Virus record (IMG/VR): IMGVR_UViG_3300028571_000012
Strand: one strand, 5' to 3'
Length of the DNA stretch: 20,000 nt
Origin: an uncultured virus (IMG/VR IMGVR_UViG_3300028571_000012)
Lineage: Duplodnaviria; Heunggongvirae; Uroviricota; Caudoviricetes
Shown: positions 17,105-20,000 of the stretch, one piece after another
Layout: the number at the start of each line of letters is the position of its first letter
Numbering within the stretch: the first letter of the stretch is position 1
Translations under genes and position numbers: made by a program
Notes under the pieces: generated by a model
What the model saw: only the letters and a program-made list of their open reading frames with translations
Databases searched by the model: none
What the model was told of the DNA's origin: nothing

Positions 17105-17407
17105 TCATGGTTGTTCTAATGTAATATCGGATATTGGAATGTCAACGCGAGCTTCCAGTCCACCCATAGAACTAATGATAGCGGCGAATTCGGGAAAATT
17201 CTGCGGAGTCTGTGGAGGATTTCCGATCAATGGAGTAGTAAGTATCTCATCGTCGCATTGAACAAAATAACTTCCCGCGTGCTCTCCGCTGTAAATCGGG
17301 TTGATGCCAGCCAACCAAAATACAGGCAGACCACGGTTTGTCTGCGCCTCTGCGATGACGTCATTAATTGCTTCCGCTTGTTCTTGTGTAGTGACGTATC
17401 CGATCAT
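17105..17407 (-). CDS. Hypothetical protein (100 aa), possible fibre accessory or chaperone
   Basis: Start revised to 17407 (MIGYVTTQ), which gives an ATGA overlap with the upstream stop. Function inferred from position only. Confidence 0.6.
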   Translation of the reverse strand: MIGYVTTQEQAEAINDVIAEAQTNRGLPVFWLAGINPIYSGEHAGSYFVQCDDEILTTPLIGNPPQTPQNFPEFAAIISSMGGLEARVDIPISDITLEQP

Positions 17408-18219
17408 GGTAATGTTAGTCCGGTTGTGCCTTCCCAAAGGTTTTTGAGAGCGAGTGAATATGAAGTATCTTGCGCGTTAGTCAGTTTCAATCCGAGACTA
17501 AATGCACCAATCTGCTCACCGCAAAAATTGCTTATCGCTCCGTTAACATTGTTAGCGAGAAACGCGACATTGAGATTGTTTGGTTCTGTAGCGATAGTTT
17601 TATTTGTCGTTCCAAGTGTAGTTACGCCGCTGGTTTTACGCCGTTTTAAAAATCGACTGGATGCTCCTCCACTAAATGTAAAAATACCAAGTCGATCATG
17701 CCAAGGAATTTCCGCTTTCACCTCTCCTATTGCTGGAGCATAACCGGACATCGCAGTAATTGTAGTCGCAGAAAAACTTATTTTATTTGCATACATGTCC
17801 AACTGAGATCCGAACAAAGCTGAGTAGTTATTTGTTGATGATGCCTTGTAAAGTCCTGCAAAGTGGTAGCTGTCTTTAGACAATCCTAATGTCCTAATTC
17901 CAACATTAGTCCTCATGTAGCCATTAGTCCTATTACTTAGGACATACCCAGCTCCATGTGTTACGACGCCCATAAAAGTACCGCTGGTTAAACTGGTCAT
18001 ACAAATAGCATTAGCCGCAGCGATTCTCCAGATTGGAAGATAAAGGCGTTTCATCGAGGAATACCATCCATCACTTTTCCCAGTCCTGTAGAAGGTGTTG
18101 ATTACATCCCTCTGCGTCCCGTTAACAATGCCTCCGCGCGCGACAACCGCGGCAATGTATGCATTTGCATCAGGATCGAGCGAGCTTTTAGCAAAAGTCA
18201 TGTTTCGTGCCGCGAACAT
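17404..18219 (-). CDS. Hypothetical virion/fibre-associated protein (271 aa)
   Basis: Start revised to 18219 (MFAARN), 1 nt after the upstream stop. N-terminal DPDANAYIAAV...GWYS.MKRLY helical motif followed by a Gly/Ser/Thr-rich, probably beta-rich region. Confidence 0.6.
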   Translation of the reverse strand: MFAARNMTFAKSSLDPDANAYIAAVVARGGIVNGTQRDVINTFYRTGKSDGWYSSMKRLYLPIWRIAAANAICMTSLTSGTFMGVVTHGAGYVLSNRTNGYMRTNVGIRTLGLSKDSYHFAGLYKASSTNNYSALFGSQLDMYANKISFSATTITAMSGYAPAIGEVKAEIPWHDRLGIFTFSGGASSRFLKRRKTSGVTTLGTTNKTIATEPNNLNVAFLANNVNGAISNFCGEQIGAFSLGLKLTNAQDTSYSLALKNLWEGTTGLTLP

Positions 18220-18220
18220 A

Positions 18221-18682
18221 TTATAGTGTAAAGTTTTGAATTGCAGATCCACTCCATGCAGTGCCATCCGCGATAAATGAAAGTAGGTCATAGCGATTAG
18301 CAGCTGCTGTAATAACAGGCGCAACGTTATCCGACCATTTGGCTCCATTAAAAGCGGCTGTAAATCCACCACCACCTGTCATCACCTTAAGAATAAAACT
18401 TTTACCCGCTGTGGGAGTAGGCATTGTAAACGTACAATTTCCTGTGAGTGTTACTGTTTGAAAAGTGCCTGAGGTTAATTCAATGATTTTTGTTGCACCA
18501 TTGATACCACTGGTACCATTGTCTACTACGCCTTCAGTATAGTTATTAATTGTAGGATTGGTAAGAGTTTTGTTTGTAAGTACTTCCGATCCGCCGAGCG
18601 ATACGGCTCCAATATCAGATAAAAACAAAGGGATATTATCGGAAATTTCTCTTGTAGGATATGGTACGGATTCGATGCTCAT
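18221..18682 (-). CDS. Short tail-fibre-like / adaptor-domain protein
   Basis: LTNKTLTNPTINNYTE fibre motif followed by QTVTLTGNCTFT...KW...AP.IT......DLLSF..DGT.W.G, a pattern I recognise from phage fibre modules. Has its own late promoter. Confidence 0.65.
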   Translation of the reverse strand: MSIESVPYPTREISDNIPLFLSDIGAVSLGGSEVLTNKTLTNPTINNYTEGVVDNGTSGINGATKIIELTSGTFQTVTLTGNCTFTMPTPTAGKSFILKVMTGGGGFTAAFNGAKWSDNVAPVITAAANRYDLLSFIADGTAWSGSAIQNFTL

Positions 18683-18688
18683 GTATTG

Positions 18689-18696
18689 TATTTATA
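18689..18696 (-). promoter_or_regulatory. T4-type late promoter
   Basis: Exact TATAAATA, 6 nt before ATG 18682. Confidence 0.78.
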
Positions 18697-18702
18697 ACTT
18701 TA

Positions 18703-19008
18703 TTACTTGTTCCAAAATTTCATGATAAGCCATAGCAATGCGCTTCCTACAACTTGTAACACAAACATACCACCAACAATTTTTGCACGATCGTTTTCTA
18801 AGGAATCGACGCGCGTTTGCACCGCCACCAACTCATTACTTTTTACAAAATCTTCGCGCATTTCATACAACTGCTGGCGCAATTCGGTATTTAATGCCTT
18901 TAAATCTTTTATTTGATCACTTATTTCCCTACGCCATTCCAACTGCATAAGCATAAGTTCGTTTTCAAAAGCGGTTGGAGTTGGCGGTTTGGTGTTTGGA
19001 GTTGGCAT
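18703..19008 (-). CDS. Coiled-coil protein with a C-terminal transmembrane helix (possible XhlA/holin-like lysis accessory)
   Basis: Heptad-like segment ISDQIKDLKALNTELRQQL...VDSLE, followed by hydrophobic IVGGMFVLQVVGSALLWLIM and a short KFWNK tail. Confidence 0.55.
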   Translation of the reverse strand: MPTPNTKPPTPTAFENELMLMQLEWRREISDQIKDLKALNTELRQQLYEMREDFVKSNELVAVQTRVDSLENDRAKIVGGMFVLQVVGSALLWLIMKFWNK

Positions 19009-19044
19009 TTTATTCGAGCATTAAATGTGAAATAGTTATATCTT

Positions 19045-19052
19045 TATTTATA
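19045..19052 (-). promoter_or_regulatory. T4-type late promoter (leftward)
   Basis: Exact TATAAATA, 36 nt before ATG 19008. Confidence 0.65.
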
Positions 19053-19069
19053 AAGAGGTCATTTTTGAT

Positions 19070-19077
19070 TATAAATA
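19070..19077 (+). promoter_or_regulatory. T4-type late promoter (rightward, divergent)
   Basis: Exact TATAAATA on the plus strand, 7 nt before ATG 19085. Confidence 0.72.
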
Positions 19078-19084
19078 AATTATT

Positions 19085-19267
19085 ATGAATGATAAAATCT
19101 ATATTACATCAAGCTTTAAAGAAGAACTTGAAGCATTAAATAGCGGTCCACTTGATTATATTACTGTGTACAAAATTGAAAATGGTAAAGTTTACTTTAA
19201 AGCAAATAATCATAAGTTACATTTGGAAGCTTCCGAATTTAAGGAAGTTTGCCTAGGACAAGATTAA
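19085..19267 (+). CDS. Hypothetical protein (60 aa)
   Basis: Fills a gap not used by minus-strand genes, has a late promoter at the window's typical spacing, and its stop abuts the convergent gene's stop. Confidence 0.7.
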   Translation: MNDKIYITSSFKEELEALNSGPLDYITVYKIENGKVYFKANNHKLHLEASEFKEVCLGQD

Positions 19268-20000
19268 TCATGGAACTGCCGGATAATTGGTAGTTTTATT
19301 ATAGCTTGATGTAATTTTTGCCGCAGAGAAACCGTTGTTCCACGTTGCCAACCAAGGATAAGGTTCAGTGCCGTAAGCTCTTGCAATTTCACCGAGAGTA
19401 GCATTTATATAGAGCCAAACGCCGGTTTCATATCGTACGGTTTCATCACCATAAACATAAGTTTTATTTCCATACGGTGCATAATCAATCGGAGCCATTT
19501 TGCGCCAACTTTGACCGCCAATGAAACCTGAACCAGGGTCGCCTTGAGTGTTGTACCACGGTCCATCCATCAACACCCATGCAGTAGCATTTGGTTCTGC
19601 TGCGTTTGCGGGATTGTCGCTGCCAACTCGAGTTGCACCAATACCTTCATATGCAACGTTTAATCCGTCCAACAATCCAATGAATCGTTCAATGCGGCTA
19701 CGATCTGTATCGGATATTGGGCTGTTGCCAGAGGCAAGGATGATGGCTGTCATGTAGCCGTTGAAGTTGGTCGTGGTGTTGCTTGTGGCAGCACCGATGA
19801 ACGAAGCAGTAACGGTATTATTTGGAATTGTGGTGGATATAGCTGTTGTACCGGTTACACTACCATTAACTCCGAGTCTTAGACTACCGCTAGTAAAAAG
19901 TGCTTCCGCAGTTAATACGTTGTAGTTAGCGTTTGATGTTGAACTTGCATTTACTGCTGTAGAATTATTCGAACTAGCGGATGCTCTAAATACACTACTG
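19268..20000 (-). CDS. Partial (5'-truncated) lectin/LamG-like fibre or virion protein
   Basis: Frame is open from the window edge past the tracked ATG 19753: ...LRLGVNG...FIGAA.....FNGYMTAIIL....ISDTDRSRIERF, the typical end of a ConA/LamG-like domain. It is followed by an extra Trp/Tyr-rich C-terminal segment. Confidence 0.65.
   Translation of the reverse strand, partial: SSVFRASASSNNSTAVNASSTSNANYNVLTAEALFTSGSLRLGVNGSVTGTTAISTTIPNNTVTASFIGAATSNTTTNFNGYMTAIILASGNSPISDTDRSRIERFIGLLDGLNVAYEGIGATRVGSDNPANAAEPNATAWVLMDGPWYNTQGDPGSGFIGGQSWRKMAPIDYAPYGNKTYVYGDETVRYETGVWLYINATLGEIARAYGTEPYPWLATWNNGFSAAKITSSYNKTTNYPAVP

Noticed and set aside
18220..18375. Longer start (18375) for the 17404 ORF, or a programmed frameshift fusion with the upstream gene
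   Set aside because: It overlaps the upstream gene by 155 nt. An ATG lies 1 nt after the upstream stop, and I see no convincing slippery site.
179..19757. Many plus-strand and alternative-frame ORFs in the track (e.g. 1963-2364, 2950-3360, 3499-3912, 5872-6306, 17258-17743)
   Set aside because: They are shadows of well-supported minus-strand genes, with no motifs or expression signals. Only 19085-19267 was kept.
1..20000. tRNA genes, CRISPR arrays, DGR repeats, or stop-codon reassignment
   Set aside because: No cloverleaf, spaced repeats or long near-duplicate segments were seen by eye. Core genes are full length under the standard code, with TAA, TAG and TGA all used as stops.

Overview
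A 20 kb slice of the late (virion morphogenesis) cluster of a T4-like myovirus, almost entirely on the minus strand. In transcription order: a partial lectin/LamG-like fibre protein, small fibre-accessory and membrane ORFs, then gp13, gp14, gp15, gp16, gp17, gp18, gp19, gp20, a gp67-like protein, a HExxH protein, gp21, gp22, gp23, gp3 and uvsY. The main finding is a fractured terminase large subunit. gp17 is encoded as two separate ORFs carrying an atypically split intein (31-aa IntN and about 109-aa IntC), with a free-standing Vsr/DUF559-like endonuclease gene and its own late promoter between the halves. Other points: most TATAAATA late promoters lie only 5-9 nt before a start codon with no Shine-Dalgarno (likely leaderless mRNAs); a putative zinc metalloprotease sits where gp68 normally lies; the scaffold and sheath proteins are enlarged; and an antisense early-type promoter with a hairpin lies between gp16 and gp17. 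All assignments rest on motif recognition and synteny read by eye; no database searches were run.
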